A stretch of 64,000 nucleotides of DNA, from positions 201,533 to 265,532 of the forward strand of contig NIVC01001581.1 in assembly GCA_002269645.1 (NCBI GenBank). The letters are read 5' to 3'. The notes under the pieces are model-generated. The model ran no database searches. It was not told the DNA's origin and saw only the letters and a program-made list of their open reading frames with translations. The DNA comes from Macrostomum lignano (Eukaryota). Every line of letters begins with the position of its first letter. The stretch's first letter is position 1. Both the position numbers and the translations under genes were made by a program. Shown piece after piece: positions 1-13,545 of the stretch.

Positions 1-31
<31 letters not shown>

Positions 32-149
32 GTTTGTCTGTCTGCCTGCCTGGCTGGCTGCCTGTGTCGAATTTATCAAAGAAAATCGCGTCTCTGCGAA
101 TAGCTTTCCTCTTTATAATTTCTTTGTTAAGGTAAACAGGCAATCACGA

Positions 150-372
150 GAAATTTCTTGCGGGAAAATCTTTCTGCTGGAAAAAGTCTGTGCGGGGAAA
201 ATTCGTGCGGGAAAATCTCGGCGGTAAAAGCTCGGCAGGAGAATCTCGTGCGGGGAAAGCTCCTGCGGCAAATTTTCGTCGCGGGAAAAACTCGCTGCGG
301 GAAAATCTCGTGCGGGAAAAACTCGTGCGGGGAAAGCTCGGCGGGAAAAATTCCTGCGTGAAATTCTCATAG
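150..372 (+). repeat. Degenerate tandem array of GCGGGAAAA-type motifs in the MZB1-like intron
   Basis: About a dozen variants of (t/c)gcggg(g)aaaa spaced roughly 18-20 bp apart. Confidence 0.7.
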
Positions 373-417
373 ACCCGGCACCAGTCTGGATATGTAGATC
401 GGACTCATTAATCTTAC

Positions 418-1579
418 CTGGCAGGCATTTTTCCACCACCCTGAATGATGCCAGGCTCGTCCTGTCTCAGATTCAGGCCTGGACCAACCATTCTCAGAGA
501 GCCGCCTACCTCCTTTACAGCATAGCTGAAAGTCCACAGTGTGAGTTAGGGAGTTTTTTATTTTGATATTTAAAACAAACAAAAAATCAATGTGTTTTCA
601 CAGTTATGCAAACAAAAACTCACTCATCATTCTTGGCACTGCAAACTCCTTCGAAAGCGTCTAGTAAATCTGACTCTTTTACTCTGCCCTGGGACCTGGC
701 CTTGTATTTTTCATATAAGTTGAAGAACTTTGTGTAGATCTGCGGGGGTGTTATGAGTGAGATGAATAAGGCAATTGAATGAATTGAAAATTCATGACCT
801 AATCAAATTGGAACTGGCAGTTAGAAGCATTTGTTATTAAACCTAAAATAATTTATTGAAGCAATTAGATTAAGTTAACATCAAACTGAATATTCTTTAT
901 TTTAATTTAAGTATCTGACCTAGCTATCCTAAATAAACATCTGTAGTTTGTTTTTATTTGTTATTTCCTATAGTAATAAGATAGTTCAAGTTGTATAAGG
1001 AGAATAAAGGTTAAAATATGAATTTATTTCTGACTAATGTGATTCTACATACAAATAATATCTTTTATATTAAAAATATATTCACTATATTACAATATTT
1101 AATCTCTAAGATCCTTAATATACTATCTTTTATCTTTAAAAAATAATGATTTTAGCATGCTATAATATCAATAATTATTAGAATATATGGAAAATGCAAG
1201 AGGCAAAATGAATTAGGCAAAAAACAAATGAAAATATCTGTCTCAAATCATAATAGATACTAATTTCGAGCTAAAATACAAAATAATTTTTTTAAACAAG
1301 TAGTGACAGCATCAGACTGGGTCTTACTTGATAAGAAACGGCTATGCAGCCATCACATTTCAAAGACTGGGGAAAGAAAAGTGACTCCTGCTCTTCTTCT
1401 GACAGTTGCGGTGTCTTGAAAGAAAATTTCTTTAGTCCGGGTGGCACATTTGTTGGGTCCATTCCCTCTGGAAGCTCATCTGGACTGACGTCACTTTCTT
1501 CCATTTCACACATGACCATGGGTGCAAATAGGACTAAGCTTATCAGAATGACTCCAAAAGAAAAATTAATAAGTTCCAT
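418..1579 (-). CDS. MZB1: MZB1/pERp1-like ER protein (saposin-like, canopy-related); 3 exons visible, 3' end lies off the window
   Basis: Exons 1579-1328, 739-624 and 525-418 have GT-AG ends and consistent phases (0, 2, 2). Translation: signal peptide MELINFSFGVILISLVLFAPMVMC, then TPQLSEEEQESLFFPQSLKCDGCIAVSYQ/IYTKFF...DAFEGVCSAKND/DYAVKEVGGSLRMVGPGL...QGGGKMPAR. This is collinear with MZB1 motifs recalled from memory (PQLDDEE...LRCDACRAVAYQ; DYGVREV...RLTGPGL; GGPWPTRL). Confidence 0.85.
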
Positions 1580-2289
1580 TGTTAGAGAAGTACGTTTCTT
1601 ATAGCACAAAAAATGATGTGACTACGCAATAATTATCTAAAATGCGTTGATTGGACTTATTAAAGTTAATTTAATAGACAATTAAAATTACAAATTGAAT
1701 CCCAATGAAGGGTCATTAGAGCTGGCAAAACGCTAGTGGACAGGCTTTAGTGTTGGCAAAATTTTATGGAAAAATAAAAATATAAACATTATTTTAAGCT
1801 TTTGAAACTTTGGGTTCATTATTGTAGTCTTTAGAAGAAATTAATACAATTGTTTTGTAAAACTTTGTTTTATATTTTAGGGGATTAAAAAATGAACCCG
1901 AAAATGTACATAGATGTATATGAAGATCATGATATTACAATATTACATGTATATGATATTTTAGCTCAGCTCAGCCTCAGAGTAAATATTTGCAGCCTTT
2001 GGTATCTTGATAATTTCAGCTTTAGTACTTATTAGTCATCGAATATTTTTTCAGTCTAATGGACAACTAATATCTCCGTAAAGCAAAATACTGTACATTA
2101 ATTTGTGACTGTACATGCAATTTAACATGTGTTTATTAATACGTACGATAGGCGATAGCTATTAATTAAATGTAGAGCTTAAATGTAGATTCTGACGCCT
2201 TGACTTAATGCATTTGGTTGGGTTACTAGGTAACGGGTTGCTTGATAACGGGTACGTCACAAGGGTGGAGTGAACGAGCATTGGCAAAT

Positions 2290-2350
2290 CCCCCATAGCT
2301 TTTACTGGGGGGACAAGTTCCCCCCTTCCCCCCTGGTGGCGACGCCCCTG
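2290..2350 (-). mobile_element. Solo terminus of the hAT-like MITE family found at 47799-48192
   Basis: Its reverse complement (caggggcgtcgccacc...tccccccagtaaaagctatggggg) matches the left end of the 47799 element. Confidence 0.6.
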
Positions 2351-2649
2351 GTCCATCAACCAATTAATAGTTAAGGATGTAGAAAATGCTTTAACTACAC
2401 TATCTACTACATTTGTACACAATGTACGAGTACATGTACAGCTGTATACATGCACATGTAGCTACAGAAAAAACTGCACTGTACATGTACATGAATAAAA
2501 TAAGGTATTTTGAATATTTTATATACATAGAAACTAACTATAAGGTCTATAAACTAAATAAAGTAAATCCGTGTGTGGCTGTCAGAAACAGTCACCCCAA
2601 GGCTTGCAATTTGGCTGATCCACATGCAGCCTCCTTTGTTGCACTGCCC

Positions 2650-2890
2650 AAAAGCCTCTCCAGTCCTCCCACAGCCTCCCCACCCAGTCACCCCACAGCC
2701 TCTCCAATCACCTCACAGCCTCTCCAATCACCCCACAGCCTCCCCAGTTACCCCACTGCACAGTCCCCCTATCACCGAATAGCCTCTCCAATCACATAAA
2801 AGACTCTCCAATCACCTCACAGCCCCCACAAGCACCCACAGCCTCCTCAATCGATCCGACAGTCCCCCCTAAGACCGCACAGCCTCCTAT
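2650..2890 (+). repeat. Degenerate ~20-bp C-rich minisatellite (cacagcctctccaatcaccc)
   Basis: Visible repeated units. Confidence 0.65.
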
Positions 2891-3552
2891 AGAATTTTGT
2901 ACAGGACAACACTAAAAAACCCTTATGTATTTAACATGTATCATTCAAACTTTCATAATTAATTCAACCAATGCAAGATGTTGCGCCTGTACATGTATCC
3001 TTAAACGATAGTTTACGCGAGAATTTATTAGCTGAAAATTTCACACGAATCATACTATAAATATAAGCTACATGTAGTTAATACTATTTATACAAACTGG
3101 TCAGTTACACAACCAATTTATTAACACACTGCAGTCTGATGAGTTTTATAGATAAAAACTCACACATTTCGCAAAAGTATAGCCATGTTAAGACATGCTG
3201 TCAGCTCCTACTTTTTGTAAACAACCCACTTCCTGTGGCAACAAACACTTCTGGCCATTTCAAAGCGGCGTTCAGTGCCGAAGCAGGAAACTCTCATTTG
3301 CCTGTATTATTCACGTTAACTGCAGCCAAGTAAAAGCCCACGCTTTAATTCTGCAATGCGGATTGGCTTGGAAGCAGGACACGAAAATTCTGAGAAGAGG
3401 TGGGCGGGCAGAAACGACTGACTTCAATCAAGTTGTCACAAAGGTGGCTAAGGATGAATATAAATTTACTAGCCGTATAATTTTAACTTCATTCAAAAGC
3501 CGTTAAGCAAACTGAGACTAGTTTTTGTTAAGCAATTAGTAATTCACAAAAA

Positions 3553-4303
3553 ATGTCGGCCGAATTCCAAGTGGGTCTTCTTGGTTGCTTCAACGATTGC
3601 GGTAATAATCTTATTAAGTTAATTATTTTATAAGTATGATTTCTTAATCTCATTCAACTAAGCCATTCGGAAGAAGAAAGCTATACACACAGAATTTTTT
3701 GTTTAATTGCACACATTCGCGTAGATTAAGACTGGAGGCTACGATTGAGGTGGTTTAGCTGCAATGTACGCACTCGCGCTAATAGTTAATTGCTCGCGTA
3801 GATTTAGTCCAGGGCTGTGATTGAACTGGTTTAACTGCAATGTACGCACTCGCGCTAGTCAATTGTTCGCGTAGATTAAGACTGGGGGGACTGTGATTGA
3901 AGTGGTTTAGCTGCAATGTACGCACTCGCGCTAGTCAATTGTTCGCGTAAAGTTAGGTCCGAAAGCTGGTTTGAACTGTCATGTACACTCGCGCAGACCC
4001 GTTTTTTACTTGCTCATTATAGGCCTTTGCGTCCTGACCTACTTTGTTCCTTGCTATACTTTCGGCAAGAACGCGGAAGCCGTTGGGGAGAACTGCATCC
4101 TGTGCGGCTTCGGGATCTGCTGCGGTCTAGGCTTCATTCTGGGTCCGATCGTGCGCGGAAAAATTCGCGAGAAGCAAAATATTCCTGGCAGCTTCATCAC
4201 TGACTATTGCATCTGGTTTTTCTGTGCATTCTGCGCCTTGGTGCAGGAGGCTCAGGAGGTAAAAAGCTTCGGCGGATACGGCATGGCTGTCGAGAGAGAG
4301 TAA
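3553..4303 (+). CDS. PLAC8: PLAC8/cornifelin-family Cys-rich protein, copy 1
   Basis: Exons 3553-3601 (MSAEFQVGLLGCFNDC) and 4023-4303 with a phase-1 GT-AG intron. Translation continues GLCVLTYFVPCYTFGKNAEAVGE...RGKIREKQNIPGS...CAFCALVQEAQEV...ERE*, the PLAC8 pattern (GL-x-x-C-x-x-D-C ... PC ... CALxQE). Confidence 0.92.
3745..3995 (+). repeat. 76-bp tandem repeat (x3 plus a partial unit) in the PLAC8 copy 1 intron
   Basis: gcaatgtacgcactcgcgcta recurs at 3761, 3837 and 3913. Confidence 0.85.
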
Positions 4304-4589
4304 AATGAAGCGGAAATCGTTAATAACTGCAACTAATAATATGACACACAGTTTATATTTGATTATTATGCTACTGTTTCTATAGAAGAAGTAGTGCAGG
4401 TTGTGTTTCGCCCAAAAATGTATAAAAATTTCACAAATAAACACATCTAATAATGACACGAATCGATGCAAAAAAGCATTGAAACCGAGTTTCTCAATAC
4501 TAATTAAATTACAGCGACTTTTTCAAATTTTACTTCAAATTGTGGCCATTGGGCAGCAGCTATACTCTAATTTGTAAATTAATGTACTC

Positions 4590-4828
4590 GGCGCCCACCA
4601 AGAGACAGGGGCGCCCACCAAGACACAGGGGCGCCCACCAATTCACAGGGGCGCCCACCAAGACACAGGGGCGCCCACCAAGACACAGGGGCGCCCACCA
4701 AGAGACAGGGGCGCCCACCAAGACACAGGGGCGCCCACCAAGACACAGGGGCGCCCACCAAGACACAAGGGCGCCCACCAAGACACAGGGGCGCCCACCA
4801 AGACACAGGGGCGCCCACCAAGACACAA
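4590..4828 (+). repeat. 20-bp minisatellite (ggcgcccaccaagacacagg)
   Basis: About 12 near-perfect units. Confidence 0.95.
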
Positions 4829-5071
4829 GTAGAGACCGGATAGCGTCAGAGAGCAGTGTCTACTTCACTGTCTAGTTCTATTACAAGCTATCTCTATCTG
4901 CATCAGCGGTGAAATAAGAAGTAGCTACTGATGAAAATGCACTAAGCGACTTCTTAAAAAATGATAATAAAAGCCAGCCTCGCACACAGCCTTACCTCTG
5001 CAAATTTCACATTTTTTTTGTCCTTCAAGAAAGCGCAGAGTCTGCTTCGCTTTGGAAATTGAACCCACCCT

Positions 5072-5119
<48 letters not shown>

Positions 5120-5446
5120 AACGGACTTGAACATAACTCTCTGCAAAATATAAGCTGTTTGGTATTATCGCGAGTACAATACTGCAATCCAGTTTATTCA
5201 GCCTCCACAGCATACTGCACCGTCAGCTTTGTGAAACTTCGAATATTTTGAAGCATTCTGCGTTACAATTAAAGTGTATGCCATCGTCGAAAATATATAA
5301 TTGATAAAAGATAATAATGATCGTTAAACAGACTGTTTGCTAGAAGTCACACGGCGAGACTAAAAGGGATGAAGGTCATTTTTATCAGTTGGTTACTGTA
5401 CCAATTTGATGTTTTTCAGTCCGAAAATATACAAAAAAAGTTTTCT

Positions 5447-6958
<1,512 letters not shown>

Positions 6959-7249
6959 TTAAGCCCAGATCTCTGGTTAAGATCTCCATGCCCAGTTCAA
7001 TGCTGGGTCAGGCCTGAGGCGGTGTGTGCCAGCTCGATGGCACACGCCACCTCTTCATTACAGAAAGAAAGCAAAATTCTAAGCGGGGGCTTTCAGAGGC
7101 GGCCTGCATGCAGAGTCGCAGGGTTTGAGTCGGGTGGGTAAGGGAGGGAGCTGACTGAGATGGTATAATATTCAAGCTCGGGTAGCCCAGGCGCTCAAAG
7201 CAGTTTAAAATTTCGACAGCCGTAAGTTTCTCGCATCTGTTTCGCAGAC

Positions 7250-8299
7250 ATGAATGTGCCGACAAAAGAGTTTCAGCACGGCCTGTGCGGCTGCCTGGAT
7301 GACTGCTGTAAGCTCGCACATTTACCTTTAGATTACAATTACAATTAGATGTATAGATTGATGTCTAGATACACAATTAGATATATACTCGTAGATTGGT
7401 GTCTAGACACACAGTTAGATATATAGATTGGTGTCTAGATACACAACTAGACAGATAGATGATCTAGATATATATCGGTGTCTAGACACACAATTAGATA
7501 TATAGATCCGTGTCTAGATACACAATTGGATATATATTGGTGTCTAGACACACAATTGGATATATAGATTGGTATCTAGATACACAATTGGATATATATC
7601 GGTGTCTAGACACACAATTGGATATATAGATTGATGTCTAGATACACAATTAGATATATCGATCGGTGTCTAGATGCACAATTAGATATATAGATTGGTG
7701 TCTAGATGCACAATTATATATATAGATTGGTGTCTAGATGCACAATTGGATATATAGATTGGTGTTTAGATGCACAATTAGATATATAGATTGGTGTCTA
7801 GATGCACAATTAGATATATAGATCGGTGTCTAGATGCACAATCGGATATATAGATTGGTGTCTAGATAGATCCCCAATTACGAGTACAGGTAAATGCCTG
7901 GCTTTATGCCTAGGTGAATGTTTAGACATAGAGATAAATGCATGTAGATTTCTATTAATAGCTACATGTAGATCTAAACACATCCCTGAAGCAACTGCAC
8001 CCCAATGCGGGCCCGCAGCCATCTGCATCATCACCTATTTCTGCCCCTGCTACACCTTCGGCCGCAACGCTGAGGCTGTTGGCAGCAGCTGCTGCCTCTG
8101 CGGCCTCGGCCTCATTCTCGGCTTCGGCTGCATCATCGGGCCGATGATTCGCGGAAAAATTCGCGAGCGTCAGGGCATCGATGGCAGCTTTTGTAAGGAC
8201 TGGTGCATCTGGCTCTTCTGCGGCTTCTGCGCTCTCGTGCAGGAGGCTCAGGAGGTCAAATCCTTCGCCATCAGGGCTCAAAGCATCGAGCGAGAATAA
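7250..8299 (+). CDS. PLAC8: PLAC8/cornifelin-family protein, copy 2
   Basis: Exons 7250-7307 (MNVPTKEFQHGLCGCLDDC) and 8019-8299, with the same phase-1 intron as copy 1. Translation continues SICIITYFCPCYTFGRNAEAVGS...CALVQEAQEVKSF...ERE*. Confidence 0.92.
7345..7870 (+). repeat. ~32-bp minisatellite (tatatagattggtgtctagatacacaattaga) in the PLAC8 copy 2 intron
   Basis: Visible tandem units. Confidence 0.9.
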
Positions 8300-8382
8300 G
8301 CGGATATTTAATGAAAAAACTTCCTGCTTTATTTTAATTAAAAAGTTTTTATTAAATTTAAATTCGCGCTAAAATGATGATC

Positions 8383-8602
8383 TAGCAGGTTTTACCGAAA
8401 AAATACTTGGTACATTACAGAGATAGGAGGTTTTCATTTTATCAGCACAAGGATTGTTATTGCTTTTGATAAGAGGCAGACCCAATGTTCATCTTTTAAT
8501 ATATCTTGCCTTTCTTATATGTTTGCCTGCTATCAAAAGCAATAACAATTTTTGTGCTGATAAAATGAAAACCTCCTATGTATTTTCGGTAAAAGCTGCC
8601 TA
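8383..8602. mobile_element. MITE-like fold-back element with long imperfect TIRs and TA flanks
   Basis: Outer arms gcaggttttaccgaaaa / ttttcggtaaaagctgc and inner ~49-bp arms ataggaggttttcattttatcagcacaa...gcttttgata / tatcaaaagc...ttgtgctgataaaatgaaaacctcctat. A related fragment lies at about 24035-24120. Confidence 0.7.
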
Positions 8603-9314
8603 ATAATATTTTCTCCAAGAAACCTAGCTTCCGTCCTACTTGAGTAGTCCTTGGATCTCAGCCAGCTAAACTATAGTTTAAAGTCGTGTTTAGCTAGAGA
8701 ACGTCGTTAGTTTGCGCGAATTCAAACTATAAATCATTAATATGTTTACTCGAAAGCCTTTTATTAAGTGACCAACTTTATTTCACCCAATACTGTACGT
8801 CTAATTTTTATAGCAAGTTCATGCATTATTATTAAAATAATAATTGTTACAATATTACTTGTTAAAATACTGAGGATAGCGACTGTTTTAGGTCGAAATG
8901 TATAGTAATCAAAAGTGTGATTTTTAGCCATTTTTATATTTCAATCAATATCCAATTATTAATCTCAATTTTAAATGATAAATGCTTGTTTAAAAAGCAC
9001 CTGTTGTAGCTGTTCGTTTTCTTGAACTAAAGGTGTTTTGCCATCAGTAATGGACACATTATATAGGCTATACCTTATTGCAAAAGTTTGTTTCATACCT
9101 GTCCTTGAGAGGCAAATAACACCATTTTTGGTTCTATAATAATGCTTTTCAATGCTCAATCTTTTATCGGCTGACTGTCAGGGGGGGACAAATTTAATGA
9201 TCAATTATAGCTATATCAGTATCAATTAGGTCGACTACCTTTCGTCAAATTCGTCTCTATCAGTTAAATGATCCTAATTAAATACACCCATGCCAATACA
9301 TCCATAAATGGTCT

Positions 9315-9707
9315 TACACCCGTGTCTATCAGGTGAATGGTCCTAATTACACCCGTGTCTATCAGGTGAATGGTCATAATTACACCCGTGTCTATCAGGT
9401 GAATGGTCATAATTACACCCGTGTCTATCAGGTGAATAGTCATAATTACACCCGTGTCTATCAGGTGAATGGTCATAATTACACCCGTGTCTATCAGGTG
9501 AATGGTCCTAATTACACCCGTGTCTATCAGGTGAATGGTCATAATTACACCCTTGTCTATCAGGTGAATGTTCCTAATTAAACCCGTGTCTATCAGGTAA
9601 ATGGTCCTAATTACACCCGTGTCTATCAGGTGAATGGTCATAATTACACCCGTGTCTATCAGGTGAATGTTCATAATTACACCCGTGTCTATCAGGTGAA
9701 TGGTCAT
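9315..9707 (+). repeat. 39-bp minisatellite
   Basis: About 10 units of acacccgtgtctatcaggtgaatggtcataatt-type sequence. Confidence 0.95.
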
Positions 9708-10049
9708 GTGAAGTCATGTCACATGAATCATGTGAAAGGACTTTAATTTAAACTGCGTTTAGCACAGGAGAATGTAATTAAATCCAAAAACCTTTTGAAC
9801 CAAGAAAAACAGAAAATTTACCTGAGATAGCATCATAGCACCTTTGAACTACTTGACTGCATTAAACAACAAACGAGTGCAGTTGGCCATTTTATCCCCA
9901 AATCCTCTTTAATTAGTGTCGTCAAAACTCCATTGGCTGAGATGCGACACCAGGACGCCAGGGCAAGAGTCTATAAAATGAGCACTTTGATCAATCATGC
10001 ATTGTTGCCCTGCGAGCCAACTTCTGTAATGCGATATTCAAAAGTCATC

Positions 10050-10666
10050 ATGTCTACAGCTACAGATACAAGCTTAAACATTACCATAGCAACCAGTGAT
10101 CGAGTTTTAAGCGAAGTAACAGCGAATCTATTCATAGCCTGGCTAAGCGTAGCCATGGCGATTGGCGTCGTTAGCAACCTGATAGTCTTAGCAACGATTC
10201 TGACCTCCAAGAGCTCGTCAATTCGCACTGCCAGTGGATTTGCATTCGTGGCAAATCAGGCCATTGTAGACCTGCTGGTGCTGGTCATTGCTGCTCCCGA
10301 GATTGCAGTCTGCTTGTCGCGCGACTGTCTCTTCGAGCTGGGAGGCAGCGCTGGAATGCCAGGTTGCCAGGCGCTGGGATTCGCTGTGATGCAGTTGCTG
10401 GAGTGCAGCCTGTGCGGCACCGCTCTGCAGGCTGTCAGTCGCTACCTGCTGATTGCTGGCAGCGCTGGCGGCGGGCAGCGGACGTTCCTGAAAGTGTTCG
10501 GCAGTCGTCGGGCTCTGGCTGGTTGGCTGGCCGCGGTCTGGTTGCTGCCGGCTGGGCTTGCAGCGCCTCCCCTGCTGGGATTCGGGAGGTTCGATCTGCT
10601 TTGTGTCCTGTTTGTGTGGGGAGTTCTTAGCTGAACTACTGATGGGGAATCGCGTTGAGGGATAGC

Positions 10667-10749
<83 letters not shown>

Positions 10750-11757
10750 GAGACAGAGAGAGAGGTAAGGATAGTGGTAGGTGACGGACAGAGGTAGACA
10801 AGGATAGAGAGAGGTTGCGATAGTGGTAGGTGACAGAGATAGAGAAGGACAGAGAGAGGTTGGGATAGTGGTAGTGATGGAGGTAGACAAGGATAGAGAG
10901 AGAGAGGTAGGGATATTGGTAGGTGACGAACGGAGGTAGACAGGGATAGAGAGAGAGGTAGGGATAATGATAACTGATGGAGGTAGACAAGGATAGCGAG
11001 AGGTAGGTAGCTTGGATATTGGTAGTTGGTAGGTGACGGAGGTAGACAAGAATAGAGAGAGAGGTAGGGATAGTGGTAGGTGACGGAGGTAGACAAGGAT
11101 AGAGAGAGAGGTAGGGATAGTGGTAGGTGACGGAAGTAAACAAGGATAGAGAGAGAAAGGTAGGGATAGTGAGTTGACAGAGGTAGACAAGGATAGAGAG
11201 AGACGTAGAGATGTGGAGAGGCAGAGAATCGATAGAAAGAGAAGACCACGGTGAAGCAACTCCAGTAAAGAATATCTAACAAGCAGAACGCCGAAAATTC
11301 ATACAGGTACGCGTACAACTCAGCATTCGGCACCTGCTTGTTCGCCTGGGCAGACAAACTGAGCTACTATTACGTACTGGTATTCGGCTGTCTGGCCGTC
11401 GGTTTGCCCTCAATCGCGACTTCCCTCGGTAGCTATGTGGGGATTTTCCTCACGTTCCATCGGTCCAGAATGAGATCGATGGAAACTGGAAATAATGCTT
11501 CATCAAACGAATCCAGTCGTCTAGCCCGCAGTCTGTTCGTCACCTGGTGCTGCTTTCTAATTCTGTGGGGTCCGGTGATTCTGGTCACCCTGATTGGCGG
11601 TCTGGGGCAGCCTGCTGTACCTGTGCCTGTTACCCGAGCTCTGTTTCTCATGGCCCTCAGCAACAGCGCCGCTAATCCGGCTATTCTGCTGGCGATGAAC
11701 AGCAGACTGAGAGACGAATTCTTAGCGCTGATCGGCCGGTCAGGGACTGCACGATGA
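10050..11757 (+). CDS. Orphan rhodopsin-like (class A) GPCR, loosely melatonin-receptor-like, ~329 aa
   Basis: Exons 10050-10588 and 11307-11757 with a phase-2 intron join as ...LLGFGR|YAYNSAFGTCLF. Seven hydrophobic segments; TM1 SN, TM2 NQAIVD, TM3 Cys and SRY, TM4 W, ECL2 Cys, TM6 WGP, TM7 NSAANPAIL; N-glycosylation site NIT. The start codon choice is uncertain. Confidence 0.85.
10660..11215 (+). repeat. (GA)n plus compound purine-rich minisatellite filling the GPCR intron
   Basis: Visible repeats. Confidence 0.9.
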
Positions 11758-11934
11758 GCTATCTATTTATGATCTGTCCGTGATCTAAATTACAACGCTA
11801 GACGGAGACTGAGAGGGTAGAAAGAGAGAGAGGGAGAGAGGAAGATACTAGAGACAAAACAGATGCACAAGAGATGGGAGAGACTGGAGAGAAACAACAA
11901 AGAAATCTACGAGTGTCAGACTCTAAAGAGAGGC

Positions 11935-13545
11935 AAATTTGAGTAGAGACACAGTGAGATTTGAGTAGAGACACAGTGAGATTTGAGTAGAGACACAGTG
12001 AGATTTGAGTAGAGACACAGTGAGATTTGAGTAGAGACACAGTGAGACTTGAGTAGAGACACAGTGAGACTTGAGTAGAGAGACAGTGAGATTTGAGTAG
12101 AGACACAGTGAGATTTGAGTAGACAGTGAGACTTGAGTAGAGACACAGTGAGATTTGAGTAGAGACACAGTGAGACTTGAGTAGAGACACAGTGAGACTT
12201 GAGTAGAGAGACAGTGAGATTTGAGTAGAGACACAGTGAGATTTGAGTAGACAGTGAGACTTGAGTAGAGACACAGTGAGATTTGAGTAGAGACACAGTG
12301 AGACTTGAGTAGAGACACAGTGAGACTTGAGTAGAGAGACAGTGGATTTGAGTAGAGACACAGTGAGATTTGAGTAGACAGTGAGATTTGAGTAGAGACA
12401 CAGTGAGATTTGAGTAGAGATACAGTGAGATTTGAGTAGACAGTGAGATTTGAGTAGACAGTGAGATTTGAGTAGAGACACAGTGAGATTTGAGTAGAGA
12501 CACAGTGAGACTTGAGTAGAGACACAGTGAGACTTGAGTAGAGAGACAGTGAGATTTGAGTAGAGACACAGTGAGATTTGAGTAGACAGTGAGACTTGAG
12601 TAGAGACACAGTGAGATTTGAGTAGAGACACAGTGAGACTTGAGTAGAGACACAGTGAGACTTGAGTAGAGAGACAGTGAGATTTGAGTAGAGACACAGT
12701 GAGATTTGAGTAGACAGTGAGACTTGAGTAGAGACACAGTGAGATTTGAGTAGAGACACAGTGAGACTTGAGTAGAGACACAGTGAGACTTGAGTAGAGA
12801 GACAGTGGATTTGAGTAGAGACACAGTGAGATTTGAGTAGACAGTGAGATTTGAGTAGAGACACAGTGAGATTTGAGTAGAGATACAGTGAGATTTGAGT
12901 AGACAGTGAGATTTGAGTAGACAGTGAGATTTGAGTAGAGACACAGTGAGATTTGAGTAGAGACACAGTGAGATTTGAGTAGACAGTGAGATTTGAGTAG
13001 AGACACAGTGAGATTTGAGTAGAGATACAGTGAGATTTGAGTAGACAGTGAGATTTGAGTAGAGACACAGTGAGATTTGAGTAGAGACACAGTGAGACTT
13101 GAGTAGAGACACAGTGAGACTTGAGTAGAGAGACAGTGGATTTGAGTAGAGACACAGTGAGATTTGAGTAGACAGTGAGATTTGAGTAGAGACACAGTGA
13201 GATTTGAGTAGAGATACAGTGAGATTTGAGTAGACAGTGAGATTTGAGTAGAGACACAGTGAGATTTGAGTAGACAGTGAGATTTGAGTAGAGACACAGT
13301 GAGATTTGAGTAGAGACACAGTGAGATTTGAGTAGACAGTGAGATTTGAGTAGAGACACAGTGAGATTTGAGTAGACAGTGAGATTTGAGTAGAGACACA
13401 GTGAGATTTGAGTAGAGACACAGTGAGACTTGAGTAGAGACACAGTGAGACTTGAGTAGAGACACAGTGAGACTTGAGTAGAGACACAGTGAGACTTGAG
13501 TAGAGACTGCAGTGAGATTTGACTACAAAGTGAGATTTGAGTAAA
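11935..13545 (+). repeat. 22/18-bp satellite (gagtagagacacagtgagattt and variants) with higher-order structure
   Basis: About 1.6 kb array with recurring ordered variants (ctt/ttt, 18-bp deletion units, gtggattt marker). Confidence 0.95.

Noticed and set aside
3135-3170. CTGATGAG followed by a stem-loop, resembling a hammerhead ribozyme core
   Set aside because: Stem II is followed by TCAC, not the required GAAA.
7020-7050. GC-rich hairpin gtgtgcca-gctcga-tggcacac as a Helitron 3' end
   Set aside because: No CTRR terminus at the expected distance on either strand and no other Helitron hallmark.
11935-13545. Regularly repeated arrays (also 25925-26347 and 42545-43320) as possible CRISPR arrays
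   Set aside because: They are head-to-tail repeats without unique spacers, there are no cas genes, and the context is eukaryotic.
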